Positions 1 through 10,680 of a stretch of 64,000 nucleotides of DNA are shown one piece after another. Source of the DNA: Octopus bimaculoides. Its lineage: Eukaryota. A program made the translations under genes and the position numbers. The stretch lies in assembly GCF_001194135.2 (NCBI RefSeq), contig NC_069007.1, positions 22,156,545-22,220,544 on the forward strand, in the 5' to 3' direction. Under the pieces are notes generated by a model. That model saw only the letters and a program-made list of their open reading frames with translations. It ran no database searches and was not told the origin of the DNA. Each line of letters starts with the position of its first letter. The stretch's first letter is position 1.

Positions 1-49
1 CGCGCGCGCACATATATATGTATATATAGTCGTAAAACCAATATAACCA

Positions 50-215
50 CCTGGCTCACTAACGAGGGAGCTAACCCTACTGTTGAATGAATAAGAAGTA
101 ATATGTTGGGCAAAACAGTCCTAGATACATAATTGATGAGATAGTCATGACTGGAACGCCTCTGATTATAGAGCTGCTCAGACAAGGTTGACCTGGAGCT
201 AAATAGCATTATCAC
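50..215 (+). mobile_element. Dispersed repeat family G fragment
   Basis: catgactggaacgcctctgattatag...gttgacctggagctaaa; related to 4370-4470(-), 14390-14520(-) and 23900-24070(+). Confidence 0.6.
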
Positions 216-974
216 CAACTATCTTTCCGGTTATCGATTTTTTTTCTTCCCTTTTTACATTTGTTTGTATTTGTTCCCTTATCCATCTCCATAGTCTTAA
301 TCATTCTTATAAATAATCATTGCAACATTTGACTTAGTGTAATCCTGTGTTCATGGAGTTAACACATATGTATTTTGATATCCATTTTACATTCGTACCT
401 TTCATAGTAGCCTTGTTTTTGGTCAACGACTATTCAGAAAAAAGTGCCAAATGAAAGCTAAATGTGAGTTATTACCTGGTGCTGAATAACAAACAAATAT
501 TTAGTCAATTATTACAAATATTTACTAACAGCTGATATTGTTTATGATTTCTACTAAGCAAAGTCTAAAATACACTTTGGCAAATCTTAAATATTTTGAT
601 TTTCACATGTAATAATAATAATTTTTAACAAGCATTAAACCTCATCCTGGATACACTTCGTAGACTGGATTAACGTTTGCTTCATGATTTTTTTTCATGA
701 AAGCACAGGGCCTGGAATATTGTGGAGAAGCAGTCACCACCATTGTCATTGTTTTAACATCCACTTTACCACTTTTGCATAAGTTTGAATATGTTGAGAT
801 TGATTTTCTGTGGCCGGATGCCTTCCTGTCATTAACCCTCAGCTGTTTCGTGGTCAGACAGGTTTTCACAGAACATTGGAAACAAAGGACATCGCTTACC
901 TTGCTGCAACATTTGTCTGCAACCATCAGGCAATGTCCAGGCCAGAGGGGTCAGTAATAGACCCACATACGACA

Positions 975-1190
975 GGCTTTGGCATTCAGATTACTCAGTG
1001 GAATTAATGCTTATTTACTCGTGTTGTTTTAATTAACCATTCATTATCTTGCAGCTTCAAGATTTTGATGTGATTGTTTATTTTTCAAACAACATTGTAG
1101 GATAGGTGTGAGAGGCTGAATCTGACCAGTTTGAACATAAATCAGAATGTTTGGGCTGGATAAAGCCTGCTTAAATGCTAAAGGCTTAAA
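975..1190. mobile_element. TTAA-ended MITE family D copy
   Basis: ggcattcagattactc...tttaaatgctaaaggcttaa, homologous to the copy at 18467. Confidence 0.75.
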
Positions 1191-1424
1191 GCAAATAGAT
1201 GTAACTAAAAACTACAAAATATTTTTTTTTTCTCCACCTGGAAAGTTTGAATGGCTTAGTCTGCCGTTCAAGGGTTACTGAATAGATACAAATATCAAAA
1301 GAAAACACTTTTATCTCTGAAGAAGAGATCAAAAGTTTTTTAAAAAATGTATTGATTCAGTGACTTTTTGTATATTTTTACTTAGAATTGTTTACTAAAT
1401 TTCTTTTTCTTCTTCTATCTACAG

Positions 1425-1460
1425 AAGATTTGGAGCTGACCACTTTTCCTGGAATGCTCA
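1425..1460 (+). other. CNOT2: Probable upstream CNOT2 micro-exon (36 nt; 5'UTR or N-terminal coding)
   Basis: Strong acceptor ttctttttcttcttctatctacag| and donor CA|gtaagt. Phase 2-2 reading (RFGADHFSWNAQ) joins in frame to the 2428 exon but has no in-frame ATG. Confidence 0.6.
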
Positions 1461-1704
1461 GTAAGTATAATGCCATTTTTGTAAGGGACTGGGAGAGAGT
1501 GCATCTCTTTATAATATTGGGTTGGCAACTAAGTTCCCACCGTTTTATTAAATTAAAATTTTTTAAAAGGTTTGATAAAAAATAACAACTAATTAATCAA
1601 CAATGTATTCACCCTTGTTGTTTACAACTTCTTCCCAACATTCAACAAGATTTTCAATACCTCATGTGATGATGATGATGGGCTTCTGTGTGTTTCCCTC
1701 TACT

Positions 1705-1835
1705 AAATCAGCCCACATTTTGATTGGCTCCAAGCTGTAGCAGAAGCCACTGGGGCCATGGTGCCATACAGTGGGACTGAACCTGAAACCATGTGGTTGT
1801 GATTCGAACATCTTAACTGTACAGCCAGCCATGCA
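1705..1835 (-). mobile_element. tRNA-derived SINE family B, 5' part
   Basis: Reverse complement of tggctgtacag...caaccacatggtttcaggttcagtcccactg (A/B-box-like). Confidence 0.75.
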
Positions 1836-1878
1836 ATATATTTTTTTTCATACTTTGTTTTCTTGCATGTGCAAGCAG

Positions 1879-2225
1879 GTACAGGTGTGGCTAGAATTGC
1901 TTCCCAACCACGTGGTTCTGGGTTCAGTCCCACTGTGTGACACCTTGGGCAAGTGTCTTCAACTATACCCTCTGGCTGACCAAAGCCTTGTGAGCAGATT
2001 TAGTAGATGGAAACTGAAAGAAGCCTGTCGTGTATATGTATATATATATATATATGTGTGTGTCTGTTTGCCCTCCCCCCACCATTTGACAACTGGCATT
2101 GTGTTTATACCATTGTAACTTAGCGGTTTGGCAAAAAAGACCAATAGAATAAATGCTAAGCTTAAAATCTAAGTCCCAGGCTTGATTTGTGTGACTAAAA
2201 AAAATCCCTTGAAGGTGACTGAAAC
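1879..2225 (+). mobile_element. tRNA-derived SINE family B, near full length
   Basis: ttgcttcccaaccacgtggttctgggttcagtcccactg...gaccaaagccttgtgag...aacttagcggtttggcaaaa. Other copies at ~5900, 7445(-), 10740(-), 14652, 15760, 29365(-), 34034. Confidence 0.85.
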
Positions 2226-2427
2226 GAGTAAAAGATGAGAATGTGTCTTTGTGTGTGTAATATACGTAGATGTAGAACGAGGAAATGAGTGCTCAACATT
2301 GGAGGATGTTTAATTTCTTCATTTGTGAATTAAAGCCACCATGAAACCAATGGTAGCCTTAATTCACAAATAAAGAAAATATAAAACCAATTCTAAATGT
2401 GGCCATCTTAAATGCTATTTCTTCCAG

Positions 2428-2545
2428 ATATCCTTTAGAAAGAAAAGGAGAAACAGGTGACTTATCTGCTGGTAGCAACACAACTCCAAATATGATTGGA
2501 CTACAGCAGCAGCAACCACAGCAGCAGCCGCCACCACCATCGCAG

Positions 2546-2579
<34 letters not shown>

Positions 2580-2596
2580 CACCTAAAGCCAGAAAG
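2428..2596 (+). CDS. CNOT2: CNOT2 exon with candidate start ATG (2492) and polyQ/P tract
   Basis: Acceptor ttttcttccag|, donor AAG|gtaacc. Encodes ...NMIGLQQQQPQQQPPPPSQ12PPKARK and joins in phase 0 to the 3835 exon. ARK+TFY aligns with human CNOT2 ASRKKF. Confidence 0.8.
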
Positions 2597-3834
2597 GTAA
2601 CCAGTGCTTAGTTTCTTAATTTCAGTTCTAGTCTTGGAACCATGTTAGTCACTTCACCAAAGTGTCTGTGAAGAGGTATTCATTCATTCATTCAAATTTC
2701 ATTAAACAAAAGTTGTAGAGGAAGAATATAGCTACAAAATTTTTTTTTTTTAAACCCCATAAAATGCTATGATTAAAATATCTTTTGTGTGAATTGAAAT
2801 AACATTGGAAAGAAACAAATGAATTTATTTGATAACCCAATGTGTTAATTGGCGATACACGTTTGCAAGCATGAAAACAATGATGGAGGTTAAAGAGTGC
2901 ATTTTGCACCAAAAGGCTAGTATGGGAATTTCTCTCCTGGTAACTACCACAGTAAAGTTTATTCTAAGGACATCCATATTTAAGTGGGGATAAGTATTAC
3001 ATCCCCATATTAATACTGCTTCCGTCACTAATATATATTTCTCCATCTGGGCCTTTTGCCGAAATGGACACCCTATCTTTCTCTCATTACATTCTACCTC
3101 CACTCCCTCTTCCATTACTCACAATTACTCTGTAAAGTGGTTGGTGTTAGAAAAGGCATCTGATGGTAGAAATTATACCAGGCTTAAAATGTACGAGAGA
3201 AGTGATCTCCTAACCTGTTTAAGCAGATAACATCAAATAAATTGTGGCTCAGACTGTGATGATGCATCCAACCCATGCCAGCGAAGAAAAGCTGATGTAA
3301 AAATGAGTGATAATGAAGAATGTATAGACCAGGTTACTCATAAGGACTGAAGACATCTGGTTTGAGCATAAGACCAAAGAGGAGATTTTGGGGATACACT
3401 CCACTCATTTCTAGGATAATCATTCAATACAGAATAATGTTTGTTGGTTGCTGTTATTGTGCTGAACCCCTGACTGTATCAGAGGTTATAATTTAGAGAC
3501 TTCCATCTCTTGATAGGGGACAAAGATCACTTACCTACATAAATGTTATTGGCAGACACCTGCTACATGAAATTGAGGAGCAGAGACAGGTGTCTTGACA
3601 TAGAAGAGGTACATAGGGGTATCAAGGATGGTGGAGATGAGGTGTCAGGGTGGATACACACACACAGAAATTCTTTTCTCCTCATTTCTATAAAAACCAC
3701 CATTTTCTTCAGCATCCTTTTTTCCCTTTCTTGTAATTTGTCCTCATAATACCCTCCTCCTCCATTGCCCTTGTGGCAAATAGAAAATAACTGCCATTCT
3801 TTTTATTTGTTAATTGAAATTTTTTTTCTTCCAG

Positions 3835-3900
3835 ACTTTTTATGATGAGGAGGATGAACCTAGTTTTTATATGCCCCCAATTTTTAGACCTGACAAAGAG
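3835..3900 (+). CDS. CNOT2: CNOT2 coding exon
   Basis: ttttcttccag|...GAG|gtaaga; 66 nt, phase 0-0; TFYDEEDEPSFYMPPIFRPDKE resembles human ...DSDYHDENMYYSQSSMFPHRSEKD. Confidence 0.85.
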
Positions 3901-4265
3901 GTAAGATTTCTTCTGAACATTTAAATAGTTTTTAAAATGGCATTCATTTAACAACCAACATAGTTGTAAAAAAAAATCTTTATTTAAAAAGCCTTTTGTT
4001 AGGAAAGCAATGCAATGAATTTACTTAATAACATTTATTAAAGCTGTTTTCGTAACCAAGAGGGAAATTTTGGGGGAGAGGACTAGTGGATTGCATTGGC
4101 CCCCAGTGTTTTGCTGGTTCTTAATTTATTGATCCTGAAAGCATTTTGCCCAGCGTGCTAACAATTCTGCCAGCTCATCACCTTAATAATTATAATAATG
4201 ATAATAGTAGTTTTGGTACTTGCTGTGTTGATTTAGAATTTAAGTTTCATTTCTCTTTACAACAG

Positions 4266-4326
4266 GTTTTGACATCACAATCCCCATCACAGTTATCTAC
4301 ATTAACAAGTCACTTTTATAACCAGA
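4266..4326 (+). CDS. CNOT2: CNOT2 coding exon
   Basis: ctctttacaacag|...AGA|gtaagt; 61 nt, phase 0-1; VLTSQSPSQLSTLTSHFYNQ resembles human MLASPSTSGQLSQFGASLYGQQ. Confidence 0.85.
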
Positions 4327-4849
4327 GTAAGTGGTTTTATAATAGTTTATTATTGATTCTCTTAGTGTTATTGTTGTTTAGTCTTAGGTTAGTCCTGATT
4401 GAGTAGATCTGTGATCAAAGGCTTCCAGCCATGACCATCTGGTCTGTTTTGTTGAGACATTATTCTCTGATTAAAGTTTTCTCTACAGATTGTCTATAGA
4501 AATTAGAGCCAGCAATGTAAGCATTGCAATCAAAGATAGAAACATCAGTGTTGGCTTGAATTTCTATGGAAAACCATAATTGAATAGCATTGTTAACACA
4601 GGTGGGGCCGCAGGGTTGACTTACAAGCCTTTAATGTGCTCGGTAGTATATTATGGTTGCATAATGAAATACGGTGTCCTTACAAGCAATTAATATTATT
4701 CCCGGAGTTCTTTTCTCAGCCATTTGCATGTGATTTGAGGGGTATTTCGGCTGCTATTGTCAGCAGTTTAAGTGACCTCTTAGTCCAGACATTTTCGAAT
4801 TTTTTTTTTTTTTTGAGTAATGGGTCACATAGGATTTGTTATCATGAGG

Positions 4850-5125
4850 TGGACCATCATCATCATCGTTTAACACCCACCTTCCATGCAGGCGTGGGTT
4901 GGACGGTTTGACCAGAGCTGGCTTGGTAGAAGGCTGCACCAGGCTTCAGTGTCTTTTTTGGCATGGTTTTTATGGCTGGATGCCCTTCTGAACACCAACC
5001 ACCGAGCAGAGTGTATTGAGTGCTTTTTACATGGCACCAGCACAGGCGAGGTCAGTTTTGGCATGGTTTTTACAGCTGGATGCCCTTCCTAATGCCAACC
5101 ACTTCACAGTGTTTGACTGTGCCAT
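4850..5125 (-). mobile_element. Dispersed repeat family C (SINE/LINE-tail type with (GAT)n tail)
   Basis: ttggcatggtttttacagctggatgcccttcctaatgccaaccact, preceded by (CAT)n. Copies at ~3120(+), 5665(+), 7660(+), 11215(-), 15880(+), 22545(-), 23488(-), 23690(+), 24985(-), 32800(+). Confidence 0.8.
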
Positions 5126-5664
5126 TCAGAAAGTCCCAGAAGCTGTAGTTTGCCCCTGACTGACTTAGAAGCTCCTTCATTGGCTTGTTGTCATATTCTG
5201 ATTTAGTAAAGTTTGTGTGTTGTAGGATGTGAGGACTCTGAAGTTTCATCTGTAAAAACACAGCTTTTAACCAAATTTGATGGTATGTAAGACACTTTTT
5301 TCCCCTCGAAAAATTCACCCCAGGTCCTCTATGTGAAGCTTGGTCTATGTTATATGCTTCAATGTATTAAAAACGTTTTCACCTGCTGAAATTGAGGATG
5401 CATTTAATCTTTCCATGTGTGTTTTATACCATGAGATATGGTGTATATATATATATATATACATATACACAATGTATATAAGACACCTTTGCTATATGTA
5501 GCAGAGATTGAACTCTCCACTTTTATGTGCGTCATTGTCTGCAAACACCTTTATTATCCACAAGGCCAACGAGACAGCAACATATATAAATACACTTATA
5601 ATATTTGATAAATGATATTTTCTAAAGTAAAAATATATTTCAAAAAATTAAATAATATTTAAAC

Positions 5665-5825
5665 CAGCACTGGTTTTGGTGCCACATAAAAAGCACTCAG
5701 TACATTGTGTAAAGTGACTGGTGTTATGAAGGGCATCCAGCCATAGAAACCATGACAAAACAGACATTGGAACCTGGTGCCAACCCATGCTAGAATGGAA
5801 GATGGACATGGAATGATGATGATGA
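5665..5825 (+). mobile_element. Family C repeat copy
   Basis: gaagggcatccagccatagaaaccatgac...ccaacccatgctagaatggaa...atgatgatgat. Confidence 0.75.
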
Positions 5826-6184
5826 TCTTATAGTATGATGGACAAATGAGGTTTCAATTGATCAGCTTCAACATTTAGTACTAATATATACAGTTACAGT
5901 CATGGCTGTGTGGTTAAAAAGGTTGCTTTGTAACCATGTGGTTTTGGGTTCAGTCCTACTGTGCTACACCTTCAGTAGTGAAGTGTCATGGGCTGACCCT
6001 GTGACACAGTTTGGTCCAGCTGTTTTGTTGCTGATGATTTGATATGACTGACTATTTTTTAAAAACCTTGTGCATTGTTAGAAGCTTTCCTTATTTCTCA
6101 TTTTATTCATTTTTCTTGTGTAAAGTATAAATATTGGTAATACAGTGTCTTTATTATATTATGTTTTTTTTCCCTTCCCGCCAG

Positions 6185-6253
6185 TGAAATATACGAACAC
6201 GATGCCCTTGTCAAACCCTAATACAGACTGGATGTCACAAAATGGATGGCCTG
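6185..6253 (+). CDS. CNOT2: Candidate CNOT2 cassette exon (69 nt)
   Basis: tttttttcccttcccgccag|...CTG|gtttgt; phase 1-1, open (KYTNTMPLSNPNTDWMSQNGWP). No clear human counterpart, and skipping keeps frame. Confidence 0.6.
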
Positions 6254-6584
6254 GTTTGTAAAAAGAACTTTTTTTTTTATTCTAGTCTGTTTTATTGTTG
6301 TTTATTAGCTCACATGTAATCCTATCCGTTGTCAGCCATTCAACTGTGACTCGGGTCATGTACCAGTTAATGATAGGTTACACAAGACAGTAGAAAATCT
6401 GCTTTGACTCTGCTTCACCCATACAGCATAGAAAAGTACATTAAAATGATTGTGTTTAATGAAATTTAATTTTTTTTCAAATCTTTAAATAAAATAGAAA
6501 AGAACAATAGATAACTTTCTTGTTCATGCAGATGAATTAGATATTATAGAATTATAATTGCTGACTTAATTTCTTTGTTTTTAG

Positions 6585-6726
6585 ATCTCAACAGTTCACA
6601 GATGCCTCCTCGAAGTCTAGGTGGCTCACAGTTTCCACGCACTAATCAGGGTCATGTTACACCAACAAATATAAACCCGAACTTTTCTTTAGGTCTACCA
6701 CCATTGACGCAAGCGTCCCCAAGCAG
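6585..6726 (+). CDS. CNOT2: CNOT2 coding exon
   Basis: tttctttgtttttag|...CAG|gtaaaa; phase 1-2; LNSSQMPPRSLGGSQFPRTNQGHVTPTNINPNFSLGLPPLTQASPSR matches human ...SHVTPTT...PPSPSR. Confidence 0.9.
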
Positions 6727-6784
6727 GTAAAATTTATTGGCTTTTCTCCTTGTCATATACACATTTTATTATTTACTGTTACTT

Positions 6785-6918
6785 TAACATCAAGGTCCCT
6801 TGCTTTCCACCACCGTCATTGAAACCTCAAAGCTACGAGATAATACAGGATTAATTCAAAACAATGTGAATAAATAATCATTACATTTGACAGAGGAATC
6901 TGAATGCTAAAGGGTTAA
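6785..6918. mobile_element. TTAA-ended MITE family D, half copy (reverse)
   Basis: ...attacatttgacagaggaatctgaatgctaaagggttaa. Confidence 0.75.
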
Positions 6919-7072
6919 AGGATTAACAGTGGGAGAGGGTGTGTTTGATAAATGAAAGATAAGCTTGGGGGTGGGGATCATTTCTAATGGGGTTAAGTAG
7001 TCTTTATCTCAGTTCCCACCCTTTTTAGGTCTTATGCAACTTTTCTCTTCTAAAAACATCCCTCTTTTTCAG

Positions 7073-7180
7073 GAGCTTAATTTCAAGTATTGGTCATCGG
7101 AACCTTCTTGGGCAAACACAAAGCAACCAATCAATAACGGGTTTACAGAAGCGGTCATCCATATCTTCTGCTCTTGGAAA
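7073..7180 (+). CDS. CNOT2: CNOT2 coding exon
   Basis: ccctctttttcag|...AAA|gtaagt; 108 nt, phase 2-2; SLISSIGHRNLLGQTQSNQSITGLQKRSSISSALG resembles human GILPMNPRNMMNHSQ...SMSSSGLG. Confidence 0.85.
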
Positions 7181-7659
7181 GTAAGTGCCATTATCATCAT
7201 CATCATAATTGTTATTTTAGTGTTCACCTTTTATGATTGCATGGGTCAAACTGAATTTGTTCAAAATGGATATTTTATTGCCAACTCACACCTGTTTCTA
7301 AGCAAGGTTACATATCTCCATGACTAAAGTACATTTTCACAGAAGATTGGAAATGATAGATGCTTGCATGATGGTGACACTCACCTGCAACTATCATTCA
7401 ATATTGCAACAAGGAGAGAGCTACTGGGCTGCTTCCAGTTTTGCTGCTGACCAAATCCACTCACTAGGAATTGGTTGACCAGGGGTATAGTAGAACGTAC
7501 TTGCCCTACATACTACACAGTAGGACTGAACCCCAAACCAGGTGGTTGGGGAACAAACTTCTTATCATGCAGCTACACCTGTACGTTTATTGAACCAAGA
7601 ATATTTTTTGAAGGTTTATTAGCATTTTAGCTAAATTGAAATTGATATATATGTATATA

Positions 7660-7892
7660 ATGTAGCATCCAGCCCACACTGTAAAGTGGTTGGCATTTGG
7701 AAGGGCTAAAACAGAGACCTCACCTGTGCTGGTGCCATGTAAAAAGCACTCAGTCCACTCTGCAGGGGGGTTGGTGTTAGGAAGAGCATCCAGCTGTAGA
7801 AACACTGCCAAAACAGTAAAGCCTGGTGCAATCTTCTACCCTGGTAGCTCCCGTCCAACCCATGCCAGCATGGAAAACATATGTTAAATGAT
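7660..7892 (+). mobile_element. Family C repeat copy
   Basis: aaagtggttggcatttggaagggc...gtgccatgtaaaaagcactc...gaagagcatccagctgtagaaac...ccaacccatgccagcatggaaa. Confidence 0.8.
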
Positions 7893-8148
7893 ATATATAT
7901 ACACACACACACATATACATGTACCAGCATATAATGTATATAAAACCTGTTCGTTACTATATTTTGAGATGATTGTTAATTTGTATTATTTTTTGTCTGA
8001 AAGCAGTTCAAATTACTGGTCATTTCAGGTGGTTTAACACTATATCGTGGAAAGATTTGAGACATGTTGGTAATGAAAGGGTTAATATTTAAACATTTCA
8101 TATTTAGCAACTTTTCTTTTACTTAATTAATCTTTGTATTATCTCTAG

Positions 8149-8204
8149 CTCCAGCAATCCTATTACGAGTATATCTGGATCTTTTGGGTTATCACAAGCT
8201 AGAG
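8149..8204 (+). CDS. CNOT2: CNOT2 coding exon
   Basis: tctttgtattatctctag|...GAG|gtaaat; phase 2-1; SSNPITSISGSFGLSQAR resembles human PFTVNSMSGFGMNR. Confidence 0.8.
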
Positions 8205-8669
8205 GTAAATATCATCTGTGTTTGAATATCTTTGCACACAACATAGCTTTACAGTTATTCCTTTCTACTTCACCTTGAAAAAAAAATCTCTCTCACATCT
8301 GCCATACAATACAAACATGTAAAACTTCAATTCTGTAAACATTTATTTCAGAAAATAAAATAAGAAGGAAGCTACTTGTTCTACCTTCTAACATGATATA
8401 ATCAGGGACCTCATTTTCACCCTAAATGCATCAGAATATCATAGTCATCTTTAAGTATCTGCAATTATAATAATGGAAGTTCTAGACCAGTGGTTCCCAA
8501 GCTTTTTGTACTCATGGTGCACCTTACAAGAAGCCAAAATATTTTGGCGCACTTAGTACATAAATTCTAAAACTTATTCAAAAGGGTTTTCAATATTGGG
8601 ACGTATTTGAGAAAGACAAACCCCCATTTCTTCTTCGATGCAACAGAGACTTTAGCTTTTATCTTTTGG

Positions 8670-8775
8670 AGTTGATGAAATAAGGCTCTGAAAGTACCTG
8701 TGGTGTACTGGGGTCAGTATCATCAACCACCCCTCCTCTCAAAATTGCCGGCCTTGTGCTAAAATTATTCATTAA
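8670..8775 (+). mobile_element. tRNA-derived SINE family A, 3' part
   Basis: gtactggggtcagtatcatcaaccacccctcctctcaaaattgccggccttgtgctaaaatt. Confidence 0.7.
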
Positions 8776-9044
8776 CACTTTTATAACGAAGTTAAAGGTG
8801 CTGAAGGACTGGATTCTTACTTTGCTGAATCCATTGTGTTATAGGTTAATAAATTACTCTAATTATCTCAGTTTTTCTACATATTCAATTAGTCAAGAAG
8901 GTAGTGGTTGACTTTTAGAAGACCTTCAGTTATAAATCAAATTTTTCTAGTTTACAAAATTTTCATAAATCAAAAAGTTGTAAGATTTGAACTTATGATC
9001 CTGTGATTATTAGCTAAACCAGTTATTCTCAACATTTTCAATAA

Positions 9045-9235
9045 TAATGGTTTCAAATTTTGGCACAAGGCTAACAAGTTCAGTTGGGTGGGGTTGTTGA
9101 TTAAATCAACCCCAGTGTTCAACTGGTATTCAATTTATTGATCCTGAAAGGATGAAAGGCAAAGTTGACCTCGGTGGAATTTGAACTCAGAGCGTAAAAC
9201 TGGATGAAATGTTGTGAAGCATGTTGCCCAGCTCA
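9045..9235 (-). mobile_element. tRNA-derived SINE family A
   Basis: Minus strand carries the B-box gagttcaaattccaccgaggtcaactttgcctttcatcc and the tail ccttgtgccaaaatttgaaacc. Copies at ~4045, 19525(+), 19745, 19955, 32608(+). Confidence 0.85.
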
Positions 9236-9435
9236 ATATAAAATATTTTGGTGCACGTCTTTTGGTTCACCCTGTATCTATAGAAGGAAGACTGTCAAGA
9301 GTCCTTGGAGGGGTGCTTGAGGGCCATATGTGGCCCTGGGAGCTGTGGTTGAGAACTGCTAGGCTTAAACACTGTCACTCAATCATCATGTCCCGTACTG
9401 AGTTGGTCCCTAAACTGAACTTCTGTTTCTTTCAG

Positions 9436-9534
9436 CTGGAGAAAATTCACAACCCAGCTTGGATTTATCTGAATTTCCTACTCTCGGAAATCGGGCAGTT
9501 CCATCAAATCCTGTTCCATCTGCCAGGAGTTATG
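9436..9534 (+). CDS. CNOT2: CNOT2 coding exon
   Basis: ttctgtttctttcag|...ATG|gtaagc; phase 1-1; GENSQPSLDLSEFPTLGNR...ARSY matches human GSENVTGLDLSDFPALADR...RAPY. Confidence 0.92.
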
Positions 9535-9995
9535 GTAAGCTGGCATGTTAGTTATCAATTTCTTAATTTATTTTTAACACTTACTTTTCATTGCTCCTCC
9601 ATCATCAATCACCTGTCTCTGCTGCCACCATCAACCAGCCATCAGTTCCAAAAATCTTAAATTCCATCATATCCCTCATACAGTGAGTAAATGCGAGTAG
9701 CAGTTACTGCACCCCCATCACATGCTTTTGCTGCAAAAAACAATGAGAATTGTGATTGATAGTTCAGTGTTTGTTTGTAATTATTTGCTGTTTTAGAAGT
9801 TTGGAAATTTCTTTTGTGTTTGTTTTCATTTTGTCTGCCAGTTGTTTTAACCCTGTCATCCTGTGTGTCTGCTAAAGTGGGAATTAATGAAACCATTGAT
9901 TCCCACTGTAGCAGAATCTGTTGGATTCATTACTGTTTAGCTGTATTTTGCAACTATTAATTTTCTTTTGCTTGGGAGCCAGTGGACGTTAGTGA

Positions 9996-10680
9996 TAGGT
10001 GGCCCACATAAAGTTGAAATTTCTCTGTTTTGACGGATTTTTCAGTTTATTTTCTCAATGATCTGGAGCATCTTTTTGAAAAATATTTTTCTTCTTTTGG
10101 AAAATGGTCCCCCCCCTCTTCCCCTCTTTAGACCGATTTTGATCGATTTTGTGGGCGCTATGCATTTAAAAGGTCTTGGAGAAGCCTTTTTGATTGAAAA
10201 AAGAAAAAAAAGTAAATATTTTCAGATAAAAAGGTGTGATTAAAGGGAGATTTGGCTGTTGTTTCTAGCATATCCCATGACCACCTTGTTTCTTTCTCAC
10301 TCCGACAAGTATTGATGTTTCTCAATATTTTTTCCCCATTAATAGCATAAACTCGTGTTATTAAAAAATTTTTTGAAAATTTGATTTTTATCAACCCTAG
10401 AAACAACAGCCAAATCTCCCTTAAATCGCACACTTTTGCATCTGAAAAATTTTTTTTTTTTTTTTTTTTCACCAAAAAGGCTTCTATAGTTTTTTAGCAC
10501 ATAGTGCCCACGAAATTGGTTTGGCATAGGGAAGGTGGGGAGGAGTTTTATACAAAGAACATTAAAAGTTTTTTTAAAAGATGCTCTAGATCACAGGTCC
10601 TGTGAAACAAAATCTGAAAAATTCCTGTCAAAATGGAGAAATTCCAACTTAAGTGGGCCACCTAGGTCTGAGTGGGTTAA
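9996..10680. mobile_element. Foldback / long-TIR non-autonomous DNA element (~690 bp)
   Basis: Arms of ~270 bp are imperfect reverse complements. They include a perfect 26-bp pair (10243-10268 / 10397-10422) and outer taggtggcccac..aagttg.aatttctc..ttttgac. Right end is ...gagtgggttaa. Confidence 0.85.

Noticed and set aside
1879-1960. A/B-box-like sequences suggesting tRNA genes (also 9150-9200, 14660-14710)
   Set aside because: No cloverleaf, and they are followed by shared SINE bodies in many diverged copies.
9214-9660. 148-aa ORF overlapping the 9436 exon
   Set aside because: It is in a different frame from the conserved LDLSEFPTL exon and starts in a SINE.
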